DNA of 32,458 nucleotides, from contig SCUC01000328.1 of NCBI GenBank assembly GCA_004322375.1, positions 1 to 32,458 of the forward strand, written 5' to 3'. Numbering within the stretch: the stretch's first letter is position 1; each line of letters starts with the position of its first letter. The notes beneath the pieces were generated by a model. It made no database searches. It was not told the DNA's origin and saw only the letters and a list, made by a program, of their open reading frames with translations. Positions 22,435 to 31,250 of this stretch are shown here, piece by piece. Both the position numbers and the translations under genes were made by a program. This stretch comes from Bacteroidota bacterium. Lineage in GTDB: Bacteria > Bacteroidota > Ignavibacteria > UBA10030 > SZUA-254.

Positions 22435-24223
22435 GAATATGCCTGAACCATTAGTATTAAAGATAACGATTGATAAAGGGAACGCGATTGTTGACGTGAA
22501 ACAGGTCGCGACCGCGCTGCACGAGCTTGACGCTGCGGAACGGAAAGCGGGCGAGGGGGCGAACGGCGTGACGGATGAATATCGGACGTTCTTCCATCAG
22601 CAGAGGACGGGGGACCGGATAATGAACGAGAGCAAGCAGGCGTTGCTGGGCATATCGGGGGCGTATGTCATGTTAAATCAAAGTTTAGGGGGTAATCAGG
22701 AGAAGCAGCAAAAAGTAGCAGCGGTCTTGACTTCTTTTATTGCCACGTCGCAGGCGTCGGAGTTTGCGTTGTTCGGGCTATCGAGGGCGTTTGTTTCCGC
22801 GGGCGGAAGCGCGGCGGTGTTCGGCGCGGCAATTCAACGATCGTTAGGGTGGGTAAGCGCGCTCTTAGGCGCGGGGATGGCGCTGGCTACTTTTCTTTCG
22901 CTTACAAATGAAAAAACGGAGGAAGTAGCTCCGAATTTCGATGAGATTGCAAAATCTATTCAATCAGTGTATGAAGCGCAATTGAAGCTGAACGTGATTA
23001 AGGAGCACGAGTATCTGCGCGGGTTACAGCAGGAGATTGACCGGACAAGAATTGTTTTCCAGACTTTGCAAAACGCAATGGGGCGGGGAACGTTGGACCC
23101 GAACGTCATGACGCCGGAGGAGCGAAGGGCGTACTTAGATTGGCAGAATGCAATCCTGAAACGGAAAGAGTATGACGAAGAGAGGGATAAGAAAGCTTCT
23201 GAGACCGCGAAAAAACTTGCCGAGGAAAAAGCAAAGGAGCTGAACAATTATTTAGATTATTTAGATAAGGCGAGAGCAATGGAGGAGCAGTACGCTCTGA
23301 CGTTTGCTAAAACCGATGCGGAGCTTACCGCTATAAGGAAAGCGCAATTGCAGGCGAGAATCGCCGACGAATTGAAATTCGGCGCTCTCACGATGGAGCA
23401 GGACTTGAAGGTGCGAGAATACCGTTTGGAATTGCAGAGATTGGAGACGCAAGACGAGCGGACACAGGCGGCGGATATTACGGATTTGAAAGCCCGGCTG
23501 CGGGAGATAACGATTACGGGAATGGAGAACGAGCATGAGAAGGCGCTTGCGCTCATACGGGAGAGGTACGAAAGCGAGATGGAGCTTGCGAAGGGGAACG
23601 CCGATAAGATCGGCTTGCTTGAGAAGATGAAGAATGAAGAACTTGCGCAGGAGACGCGGCGGTTTACCCGGGAGCAGGCGGCGGCGCGGCGTCAGGAACT
23701 CCAGTGGCTGGAGAGCGGCGTTCGCTCGACATTTCAAAACATGTGGAACGCGATTATTGACAGCTCGATGACCGGGGCAGAGAAATGGAAGGATATCCTC
23801 GAAGGAATCAAGCTGACAATATGGGATATCATCGGGCAGATTATTGAGAAGATGATCGTTTCCGGGGTTGTCGGTTTTTTTATGAATTTATTGAACCCGA
23901 TGGGAGCGGCGGCGGCGGCGGGCGGGGCGACGATTGACAGCAATCCTTTCGGCGGGGGCGGGGGAGCAATGTACGGGGGGACGATGCCGGATTACCGGGA
24001 CGTGGCAGCAGTGGGCGGTGGGCAGCGGGCGGTGAGTCCGCCTGCGGCGGATCTACGCTTCGCTTCGACGAGTGATTTGACTTCGGCGGTGAATAAACTA
24101 TCGCGTAAGGTTGATAAGCTTAGCTCGACGGTGATCATATCGAACGTGGACGGGGAACGGTTTACCCGGAAGCATTTGACGACGGCTGAGGTATCACGCG
24201 ACAGACGGAGGAGGATAGGATGA
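22433..24223 (+). CDS. Tape measure protein.
   Basis: 596 aa with hydrophobic/Gly-Ala segments, a long charged coiled-coil centre and a Gly-rich C-terminal region. It follows the G/GT chaperone. Confidence 0.85.
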   Translation: MNMPEPLVLKITIDKGNAIVDVKQVATALHELDAAERKAGEGANGVTDEYRTFFHQQRTGDRIMNESKQALLGISGAYVMLNQSLGGNQEKQQKVAAVLTSFIATSQASEFALFGLSRAFVSAGGSAAVFGAAIQRSLGWVSALLGAGMALATFLSLTNEKTEEVAPNFDEIAKSIQSVYEAQLKLNVIKEHEYLRGLQQEIDRTRIVFQTLQNAMGRGTLDPNVMTPEERRAYLDWQNAILKRKEYDEERDKKASETAKKLAEEKAKELNNYLDYLDKARAMEEQYALTFAKTDAELTAIRKAQLQARIADELKFGALTMEQDLKVREYRLELQRLETQDERTQAADITDLKARLREITITGMENEHEKALALIRERYESEMELAKGNADKIGLLEKMKNEELAQETRRFTREQAAARRQELQWLESGVRSTFQNMWNAIIDSSMTGAEKWKDILEGIKLTIWDIIGQIIEKMIVSGVVGFFMNLLNPMGAAAAAGGATIDSNPFGGGGGAMYGGTMPDYRDVAAVGGGQRAVSPPAADLRFASTSDLTSAVNKLSRKVDKLSSTVIISNVDGERFTRKHLTTAEVSRDRRRRIG

Positions 24224-24257
24224 GGGATATGAGCAATGAGCGGTGAGCGGTGACATG
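24220..24257 (+). repeat. Heptamer microrepeat at a gene junction (ATGAGGG ATATGAGC AATGAGC GGTGAGC GGTGACA TG).
   Basis: Read directly. It spans the tape-measure stop (24221-24223) to ATG 24255. Confidence 0.8.
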
Positions 24258-25538
24258 TATGTGAGTGTTGACATAGACGGAACGGATTATTCTACGAGGC
24301 TGATGGCTTCGGGGAATGATAACCCTGTGGACGGGATCGAGGAGCTGCTCCTTGCGATGGAAGATGAGGACGGGGGCGGAGTAATAGGCGCTGCGACGCT
24401 GAACCTCTCGGACTTGAACGGCGAAGTAACAGGCATCTTGAATGCCGCGCAAATGGGGACGCTGAAATTGGAAGCGGGCAACCTGACGCTGTACGAAGGG
24501 ATCCTTGACCGCCCTAATTTCAATTACGATAAGCAAAACAGAATCGTCACGGTGAAATCGCTCGGATATGAAGCGAAGGTATTGAAGCAGCTTGAAGCGA
24601 TAACAATGGATACTGTGCTGAACTTCAAGGGTATCTATGTCGAGATACCGTATGCGCCGTCGGCTGCGCCGTGGAACGATTATGCCGGTCGAAGATTTAA
24701 CCAGGCAATATTTTTATTCGAGGAGATTTTCAAGTCGGCGGGCGTGACCTGCACGGTAAACGGTATTCCCGATGACGTGTACATAGGCGGGAAAGTTATC
24801 CTGAGCGTTCACGCAGGTCTGGTTGATTTCGGTCCGAAATGGTATGATCTCGAGCCGTTAGACACGTGCAAGGATTATCTCGCGGAGCTGTGCAAACTCT
24901 TTAACGCGACATGGTGGATGGAAAGCGACACGACGGCAATCGTCACGACAAAGCTTGCCGCTCTGCAGGAATCGAAGACGCTGGCGGCATACGAAGGGAA
25001 CATCATCAAGGGAGAGAAACGTTTGCGCTTAAACAATAACGGGTATGACGCCATCACCCTGACATCGGGGAATAGCGAGAGCGGACCGCAGGGGAATAAA
25101 CGGACTATATCGAGGACGGCATTGAACGCCCGGACTCTTAACGTGAGCGTAAAGTTTAAGCTCGCGGAGCTTCTCTCGAGAACGTATCTTGCGATCGCAG
25201 AGACGGAAGACAATCCTTATTACGTCATCAAGGCAACGTATGACGATACGACAGGACTCTATACAGCGGAGCGATTGACGAACAGCGTGAACGGCGAAGC
25301 GACGTACTTTCTCGACACGTTTTACAATTTTGAATTGCAGGGAACGCATGAAGCGGAAATAACCTATTCGTTGTTACAGAGCGGGACGTTGAATGCAACC
25401 TTGCTGCGGAAATATTTCCAGCTCGGGACGCTCGATTTATTTTCGGGAGATACAAGCGAGTATTTTGCCCGGGAGGTTGCGTTCGATCCGTATAACGAGA
25501 CGGCGACGGTACGGGCGGTGGGGTACGTGGGTTTATGA
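24255..25538 (+). CDS. Distal tail / tail-tip protein (candidate).
   Basis: First gene after the tape measure. ATG 24255 is preferred over the track's GTG 24243. Confidence 0.55.
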   Translation: MYVSVDIDGTDYSTRLMASGNDNPVDGIEELLLAMEDEDGGGVIGAATLNLSDLNGEVTGILNAAQMGTLKLEAGNLTLYEGILDRPNFNYDKQNRIVTVKSLGYEAKVLKQLEAITMDTVLNFKGIYVEIPYAPSAAPWNDYAGRRFNQAIFLFEEIFKSAGVTCTVNGIPDDVYIGGKVILSVHAGLVDFGPKWYDLEPLDTCKDYLAELCKLFNATWWMESDTTAIVTTKLAALQESKTLAAYEGNIIKGEKRLRLNNNGYDAITLTSGNSESGPQGNKRTISRTALNARTLNVSVKFKLAELLSRTYLAIAETEDNPYYVIKATYDDTTGLYTAERLTNSVNGEATYFLDTFYNFELQGTHEAEITYSLLQSGTLNATLLRKYFQLGTLDLFSGDTSEYFAREVAFDPYNETATVRAVGYVGL

Positions 25539-25574
25539 GCAGTGAGCAATGAGCAATGAGCGGTGAGTTGAATG
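25536..25574 (+). repeat. Five tandem heptamers (TGAGCAG TGAGCAA TGAGCAA TGAGCGG TGAGTTG) followed by AATG.
   Basis: The first TGA is the upstream stop codon. The ATG at 25572 is the next start. The repeat fills the junction exactly. Confidence 0.9.
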
Positions 25575-26102
25575 GCGTATAACGAAAATTTTTTGTGGGG
25601 TAAGCCGGAACTGAAGTTTGTCGTGTGGCACGGCGAGACAGAGAAAGGGACGTTCACGTTTGACAGCGATGCGTTTTCCGGGTTCGTTCCCGATTTTACT
25701 CCGATCGGTCTGCGGCACGTGCTGCAGGATAACACGATAGATAAGCGCTTAGACGGCTACCGGTTTACGGGGGAGGTCACGTTCGGGACAATAGCAGGGA
25801 ACGAATTAAACTCGCTTGCGAAGCTATTTACATCATTAAACGCGGGGAATAATTATTATGACAGGCTTCAATTTTACCCGAGTTATAACGATATGCCGGG
25901 CTGGTGGTTTGACGTGTATCTATCAGATGAAGTGATCACCACGGCGTTTATGGCGCTGATAGCACATCGTGATATCGAGTTACGGTTTGAAAGCAAGTCT
26001 CTCCTCGATCATGTTCCTCTGGCGGAGTCTGCGTTTTTGACGTGGGGAAACATGCAGCTGACGTTTCAGGAATTGGATATGGCGTTTAGCACATTGTCTT
26101 AG
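25572..26102 (+). CDS. Tail/baseplate protein (hypothetical).
   Basis: 176 aa within the tail-tip gene string. Confidence 0.5.
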   Translation: MAYNENFLWGKPELKFVVWHGETEKGTFTFDSDAFSGFVPDFTPIGLRHVLQDNTIDKRLDGYRFTGEVTFGTIAGNELNSLAKLFTSLNAGNNYYDRLQFYPSYNDMPGWWFDVYLSDEVITTAFMALIAHRDIELRFESKSLLDHVPLAESAFLTWGNMQLTFQELDMAFSTLS

Positions 26103-26141
26103 ACTCTGATTCGCGTGATTTAATGATGACTTTGATTTTTT
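26102..26141 (+). repeat. 40-bp TGATT-rich junction element, copy 3.
   Basis: GACTCTGATTCGCGTGATTTAATGATGACTTTGATTTTTT is 33/40 identical to 18741-18780 by manual alignment. Confidence 0.75.
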
Positions 26142-26161
26142 TAATGTAAAGGATAAATAGA

Positions 26162-27109
26162 ATGCCAGCGATACAAAATGTACCGAATACGGATACGCCG
26201 AATGAAGGGCGGGTGAAGTGGAACGCGAACGACATCGAGCTTGAGACTCGAATTGCGACGCATAAGGAGAGCAATGACCATGACCCGCAATATTATACAA
26301 AGATCCAAATTGGAGAATTTCTCGACGCGCAGCAAGCAACGATTAATACGCTTGAGGCGGATTTGACCGACCTGAATGAAGCGGCGGTGAAGCTGACGGG
26401 AGCGCAGGACGTTTCCGGCGTGAAGACGTTTACGGACATCCCGGAGATCAAGCCGGGAACGACAACGGCTGAGTTGAAGTTGCGGTCAATAGCGGGAGCG
26501 GTTGAAGGGCAATCAAAAATAGGGGATTGGAACTACGAAACCTATCACGCGTTAATGTTGCTCATTAATACGGCGACTGTAGCTAATCCGAACTGGCAGC
26601 AATTGTTGTTTGCAAAATCGAATGACCTGATAGCCCGATTCATTTCCGATGTGTACGCTGCGGGAAAGAAGCTGGCGACGGAGGAGTATGTCGGGAAGCT
26701 GGTGAAGTCGGGGAGATTCGTTATGGAGACGAGCATGAAATATACGGTTGCCGGGACTGCGACAGTGAATTTCATCAACCACGGGGCAGGAATAAAGCGG
26801 TTTATCGTACCGGAATCGTGCAGGCTGACAAAAGTAACATACGCAAGCTGGGACAGCGTAAACGAGCGGGGCTATTCAGAGACTTTTGAAGCCGACCATT
26901 ATTTTAACTTCAACGAAGATAACAAGAGGTTGATACGCCCTGAGCTTGTGTTTACTACGGGGGAATCGATCACTGACGTTACGCTGAAGCTCTACGCGGA
27001 AGACACTCCTGTAGGAGCGCAGACGTCAGAGGAGGTATTCAGCCAGGCAATGTTTGGAGTGATTGATGGCGCGAACGAATTTTACCTGACGCTGGAGTTT
27101 AGTGTTTAA
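26162..27109 (+). CDS. Tail fibre/receptor-binding-like protein.
   Basis: 315 aa. The N-terminus ..TDTPNEGRVKWNANDIELE.. resembles the ..GR.KiN.Nf..l start common in phage fibre proteins. Confidence 0.5.
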   Translation: MPAIQNVPNTDTPNEGRVKWNANDIELETRIATHKESNDHDPQYYTKIQIGEFLDAQQATINTLEADLTDLNEAAVKLTGAQDVSGVKTFTDIPEIKPGTTTAELKLRSIAGAVEGQSKIGDWNYETYHALMLLINTATVANPNWQQLLFAKSNDLIARFISDVYAAGKKLATEEYVGKLVKSGRFVMETSMKYTVAGTATVNFINHGAGIKRFIVPESCRLTKVTYASWDSVNERGYSETFEADHYFNFNEDNKRLIRPELVFTTGESITDVTLKLYAEDTPVGAQTSEEVFSQAMFGVIDGANEFYLTLEFSV

Positions 27110-27112
27110 CAA

Positions 27113-27144
27113 ATGAGTAGATGAGTAGTTGAGTAGTTGAGTAT
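27113..27144 (+). repeat. Octamer microrepeat ATGAGTAG x2, TTGAGTAG, TTGAGTAT.
   Basis: Read directly. It lies between the stop at 27107-27109 and ATG 27143. Confidence 0.85.
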
Positions 27145-27694
27145 GAAGTACGAGAGAACGAATAGCGAGCTACAACTTACAAGGGATGTGAGCGATATAG
27201 CGGCATTCCTGGTATTGACTGTACGAGAGACGGTCAGCATCCTCAATATGCTTCACTCTCCCGATGGGGTGTTGAAGCCGTTTCATCCGCTCATCATAGA
27301 GGTGGACGGAGTCGCCGCTTCACTGCCCTACTCGTTCAATGCCGGGACGTATGTCATTCAGCTTCTGGGAGAGCCTGCTGAAGGGTTTGATATCTATCTT
27401 AGCGGTAATAACTGTTACGCGATTGAGAGCCTGGAACTTTTTGCGAGCGATCCATATCAGGGGCGGAGATCGGGCGTTGTTAATGCCGTGGCAGGGAATA
27501 ATACGATAACCTTTCGTCGCCTGCCCGATACGAACTACGTCGTTACGTCTGAGGGGTATTTAACTGTAGCCGGGCATGAGGGGGAACGGGCTGTGGTAGT
27601 GCCGGATTATTCTTCCCGGACCATAACGAGCGTAGTTGTTGAGTGTGATGATGATTGTCAATTATTTTACAGGATACAGAGATATGAGAATTAA
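27143..27694 (+). CDS. Tail-associated hypothetical protein.
   Basis: ATG 27143 (MKYERTNSEL..) is preferred over the track's TTG 27137. Confidence 0.5.
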   Translation: MKYERTNSELQLTRDVSDIAAFLVLTVRETVSILNMLHSPDGVLKPFHPLIIEVDGVAASLPYSFNAGTYVIQLLGEPAEGFDIYLSGNNCYAIESLELFASDPYQGRRSGVVNAVAGNNTITFRRLPDTNYVVTSEGYLTVAGHEGERAVVVPDYSSRTITSVVVECDDDCQLFYRIQRYEN

Positions 27695-29111
27695 TTTTTT
27701 GAAGCGATGCCCGCTAAAGCGGATCATCGACAGGAGCATTGCCTTACCGGTTATTTGTTATTTGTTATTCGTTGTTCCGGGGCTGTGTCAGACGGGGAAG
27801 ACGGGGACGGTGTCGAAGATGGCGAAACATGATACGATTAATTCTTATACAGCCGGGCAACCGGTAAAAGTGGGAACGGACTTCCGTATTTACGGCGTTG
27901 CGCAGCTCGATTCCAACGTATCCGCCGAGAGCGCAATAGCGCGGTTCGGGAAGTTGCGGCGGACGGGGAATTTTGTCACCTGGCGGACGCTCGCCGGCTA
28001 TGACACGATGGCGACACGGGCGTACGTAAGAAGCATTACGCCGGGGTATTACAGCCTGCAAGTACGCGAATCGGACGGCACGCCTGCTGTTGCCGGCGTT
28101 GACAGCATTGATATTGACGCTTCAACAATGACGGTGACGAATCCGAGCGGAGCGAGGGCGTTGATTACGGTCAGGGAAGCGGGCACATCGGAGAAGGGTG
28201 TTGTTACTATTTCAGCGCAAACGTTTGCTGGTAATAAAACGTTTGCAGGAACGGTTCAGACGATGCAAGGGAATCTGACGCTTGGGATTGGAAGCTCGGC
28301 TAATGGAAGTGTGACGTTTAAGAACTTGACAAACTCGTATGGCACAACGCTGTTCGCACCCAATGCTACAACAAATAGAAGCATTACATTGCCGGATATA
28401 GCGGGAGTACTCGCAACAAATGCGGTTGCTGGCGGCGGAACGGGAGTTACCGATTTATCGAACATACTTGGAACAACTAATCAGGTAATAGTCGGGAATG
28501 GAGTTGACAGAGTGATAGGCGGCGACGTTACATTATCACTGCCTCAGGATATAGCGACGACATCGGATGTAACGTTTAGCGCTGGATACTTTAGGGACAC
28601 CGTGTATATCGGGAATCCTAATACACGAACGGGGAGAATCATGTTTTACAAGGCTTGCGGAGATAATACACAATTCGACGAGTTGAGCGTCCAGAGTACT
28701 TGCGGGGCGAATAGAAAATATTTCCTTCCCGATATGCCTTCCGATGGAACGTATTTTTTGTCGCTTAAAGACTACGATACAATACCGCGAGCGCTTGAGT
28801 ATTCCGGGTTAGCGGCTGCGGATTCAGAGTACTTTTTTGAATCACCGTGGGGAACGTGCGAGGTGATAAGTGTTAGGGCATGGAGGGATGGCGGCACAGC
28901 GGCGTATATCAATATTCAAAAAGATAGCGGAGGCGTGAAGAGTAACTTGCTGAGCGTGAATGACACGGTTACTACAACGGCACAAAATATGGGTAATTTG
29001 CAAAATGGAACGCTTGCTTATCAAAACAGATTGAAGATATTCGTTACTTCTGTAACGGGAACGGTAACGAAATTATTTATTCAAATTCTTTTTAGGAGAG
29101 CGCAGTTATGA
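27684..29111 (+). CDS. Tail fibre protein (start uncertain: 27684 or 27819).
   Basis: About 475 aa, Gly/Thr/Asn-rich with repetitive beta-type sequence (..GGGTGVTDLSNILGTTNQVIVGNGVDRVIGGDVTLSLPQDIATTS..). Confidence 0.55.
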   Translation: MRINFLKRCPLKRIIDRSIALPVICYLLFVVPGLCQTGKTGTVSKMAKHDTINSYTAGQPVKVGTDFRIYGVAQLDSNVSAESAIARFGKLRRTGNFVTWRTLAGYDTMATRAYVRSITPGYYSLQVRESDGTPAVAGVDSIDIDASTMTVTNPSGARALITVREAGTSEKGVVTISAQTFAGNKTFAGTVQTMQGNLTLGIGSSANGSVTFKNLTNSYGTTLFAPNATTNRSITLPDIAGVLATNAVAGGGTGVTDLSNILGTTNQVIVGNGVDRVIGGDVTLSLPQDIATTSDVTFSAGYFRDTVYIGNPNTRTGRIMFYKACGDNTQFDELSVQSTCGANRKYFLPDMPSDGTYFLSLKDYDTIPRALEYSGLAAADSEYFFESPWGTCEVISVRAWRDGGTAAYINIQKDSGGVKSNLLSVNDTVTTTAQNMGNLQNGTLAYQNRLKIFVTSVTGTVTKLFIQILFRRAQL

Positions 29112-29695
29112 GAAAATTCATCATTATTGTAATAGCTCTACTTTCGATTTTTGCTTCGTCAACCAAGACAGGGGGAACAGCGGCGAATAGCGGAGGTGGA
29201 ATAGCGTGGAGCAATCCGACAAACGGACAAGCGTGTGATAACACATATACAACAGTTGTATTATCCGGCGAGGCGTCATCAAAATATCTACTCGTAACTA
29301 ATTTTGGATTTACGATTCCAACAGGAGCAACAATAGACGGAACCGTTGTGAGTATCCAATGGAAGGGAACTATTCTTGAGGCGGGAGTGAAAGACTTCGA
29401 TGTTTCCCTTGTTAAATCAGGCATTGCTTCTGGAGACAATAAAGCTGTGGCAATAGTATTGCCTACAGTCGAGGAAACACGTAATTATGGGGGTGCGAGT
29501 GATACATGGGGAGCGGGGTTTACATACACCGACTGGAACGCTTCCACAAGCGGAGCTAGGATAAAGCTGCAGGAAGGAGGCGGATTGGAAATGGAAACAG
29601 GGTATATTGATTGCGTTCAAATTACCGTGTATTATACGGAGGCGGGGGGAACGAAGAGGTATTTGATAGGGTATTCACGGCAGGTAGAATTTTAG
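29108..29695 (+). CDS. Secreted hypothetical protein, last gene before the right end.
   Basis: Signal-peptide-like MRKFIIIVIALLSIFASS. The start overlaps the fibre gene stop. Confidence 0.5.
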   Translation: MRKFIIIVIALLSIFASSTKTGGTAANSGGGIAWSNPTNGQACDNTYTTVVLSGEASSKYLLVTNFGFTIPTGATIDGTVVSIQWKGTILEAGVKDFDVSLVKSGIASGDNKAVAIVLPTVEETRNYGGASDTWGAGFTYTDWNASTSGARIKLQEGGGLEMETGYIDCVQITVYYTEAGGTKRYLIGYSRQVEF

Positions 29696-29771
29696 GAGGT
29701 GGCAGGGGGCGGGTGGTGGGAGAAATGTGGAAGTTTCCCTGCCTTTGGCGGGGTTAGGGGTGGAAGAATAT

Positions 29772-30021
29772 GGGGGCGGCTTGTGAGCCCGTCTCGATCC
29801 CGCTCAGGCGGGACGGACGAGGCGAACCTGGGCTTTTATATCAATAATCCATGACTTGCCGGGCAGCATAATTGAAATTACCCCATTTTAATGAAATAAA
29901 CCATAGCTGCAAATTGCTTTTGTGGTGGGGTTTTAGTACGTTTACAGTATGCTCATACCTGTAGTGTACTGCCTCATCTCAAGAATGTGGCAAGAAAATT
30001 TCAAGTTTATGGCACGTTACA
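29772..30021 (-). repeat. Prophage right end (attR-like), inverted counterpart of 1033-1207.
   Basis: The reverse complement of 30001-30021 equals 1033-1053. Conserved blocks lie at 29897-29923 and 29849-29878. An extra ~45 nt carries a TGTAAACGTAC terminal-like motif. Confidence 0.8.
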
Positions 30022-30035
30022 ATATTGAAATCCTC

Positions 30036-30064
30036 TTGATTAACGTGGAAAGTTTTTGTACACT
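30036..30064 (+). promoter_or_regulatory. Promoter candidate TTGATT-17 nt-TACACT for the lipoprotein gene.
   Basis: -35 at 30036-30041 and -10 at 30059-30064. It lies 15 bp outside the prophage end. Confidence 0.45.
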
Positions 30065-30108
30065 ATTGTGTATGCAAATTTTTATTACGCCATTGTAGAA
30101 AGAACAAG

Positions 30109-30576
30109 ATGATGCCACGCTCACTTTTCGTTCTCTTGATATGCTTACTATCTCTCAGTTGCGAAAATGAAAACCCGCTGCGCACGTTCGGAAGCGTTAC
30201 CCCGATTGAAATTTCTCAAGAGCAATTGCTTCACGCGACGACTGCCAGGAGCAAATATTACCTTCGCGAACAAATTCGAATCACAATATACAACGGTAGC
30301 GATTCCATTATTTATATACCGACCTGCGCCCGTCAAATTACCTATTCACTTCAAAAATTCACAGACGGAACGTGGAAAGATATTAGCGCGAACGGTCTCC
30401 CCTGCATCGGGTTCAATTCTTACGGGAACATTACGCTCTTTCAAGGAAGGTCGTACGTCCATACGACGGCAATTGTCTATTTCGGAACATACCGGTTTCG
30501 CTACCCGGTCACGCTGGGTGAAGGAGCAGGAACATTCTGGCTCTACACCAACGAGTTTTCGGTTGATGGAAGGTAA
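30109..30576 (+). CDS. Lipoprotein (hypothetical).
   Basis: MMPRSLFVLLICLLSLSC has a lipobox (LSLSC). Confidence 0.65.
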   Translation: MMPRSLFVLLICLLSLSCENENPLRTFGSVTPIEISQEQLLHATTARSKYYLREQIRITIYNGSDSIIYIPTCARQITYSLQKFTDGTWKDISANGLPCIGFNSYGNITLFQGRSYVHTTAIVYFGTYRFRYPVTLGEGAGTFWLYTNEFSVDGR

Positions 30577-30644
30577 AACGATTTTTTCATTGAATTTTCG
30601 TTAATAACAGGTTAGCTGATTGGTGGATTATTTTTCACGTTGCT

Positions 30645-30881
30645 ATGCCGACAGTTAAAAATATTCCAGGACCATACAGATTCTTCTTTTATAGCTTTGA
30701 TTGTAATGAACCCAAGCATATTCACATTAAACGAGAAAACATGGTTTGTAAGTTCTGGCTTGATCCTGTTTCTCTTTCTGAAAATTTTGGATTCACACCG
30801 ACGGAATTGAATCGCATTCAAAAATTGATTTACACAAATATAGAGTCATTAATATCAGCTTGGCATGAACACTGTGGTTAA
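30645..30881 (+). CDS. DUF4160-family protein.
   Basis: 78 aa. MPTV...GPYRFFFYSFDCNEPKHIHIKRE...KFWLDPV is the typical DUF4160 pattern. Confidence 0.75.
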   Translation: MPTVKNIPGPYRFFFYSFDCNEPKHIHIKRENMVCKFWLDPVSLSENFGFTPTELNRIQKLIYTNIESLISAWHEHCG

Positions 30882-31137
30882 TTATACTGAACCTCGAATC
30901 AAGCATGTTACTATATCGGATGAGCTTATCACAGCATTCCTGGTAGATGGACGAGTTGTGAGCGTCCCTCTTGTTTGGTCATGGAGACTTTCGGAGGCGA
31001 CACTTGCTCAAAGAAATCATTGGGAGATTATGGGAGACGGGCAGGGTATTCATTGGCCCGATATTGATGAAGATATCAGCGCGCGTGGTATGCTTTACGG
31101 TACGCCTGCTCACCGCCCCCATCTTGAATTCGCTTGA
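30865..31137 (+). CDS. DUF2442-family protein.
   Basis: 90 aa overlapping the upstream gene by 17 nt. ..FLVDGRVVSVPLVWSWRLSEATLAQRNHWEIMGDGQGIHWPDIDEDIS is the typical DUF2442 pattern. Confidence 0.75.
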   Translation: MNTVVNYTEPRIKHVTISDELITAFLVDGRVVSVPLVWSWRLSEATLAQRNHWEIMGDGQGIHWPDIDEDISARGMLYGTPAHRPHLEFA

Positions 31138-31250
31138 TGATAATATTGTATTGTTCGCGAAGAAAGCAGAATCTTGAAGCCAACTTCTTTGTTTTTTATT
31201 CTTGAGTCTGTTAGTGAAATACAATATCTAACAATTAGTGTGGAATAAAG

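Larger units (their letters stand above)
1033..30021 (+). mobile_element. Mu-like transposable prophage (~28,989 bp) with a siphovirus-type tail module.
   Basis: Termini are 5'-TG...CA-3'. There is a 21-bp perfect terminal inverted repeat, TGTAACGTGCCATAAACTTGA. Gene order is repressor(-)/ner-like/DDE transposase/MuB-like ATPase/Gam, then head, lysis and tail genes. Confidence 0.9.

Noticed and set aside
22046-22436. ORFs of 119 aa (-) and 102 aa (+) running through the 108-bp tandem repeat.
   Set aside because: The period is a multiple of 3, so any open frame is propagated through the copies. The peptides are internally duplicated artefacts with no RBS, and they run through a terminator.
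26162-29695. Looked for a Mu G-segment-like invertible fibre region or a diversity-generating retroelement in the tail-fibre genes.
   Set aside because: There is no invertase or reverse transcriptase gene anywhere in the prophage, and I could see no inverted repeats or template/variable repeat pair by eye. A computational self-alignment would be needed for certainty.
30167-30604. 145-aa alternative-frame ORF overlapping the lipoprotein gene.
   Set aside because: The 30109..30576 frame has a canonical lipoprotein signal and a promoter at the right distance. The overlapping frame is Arg/Ser-rich with no start context.
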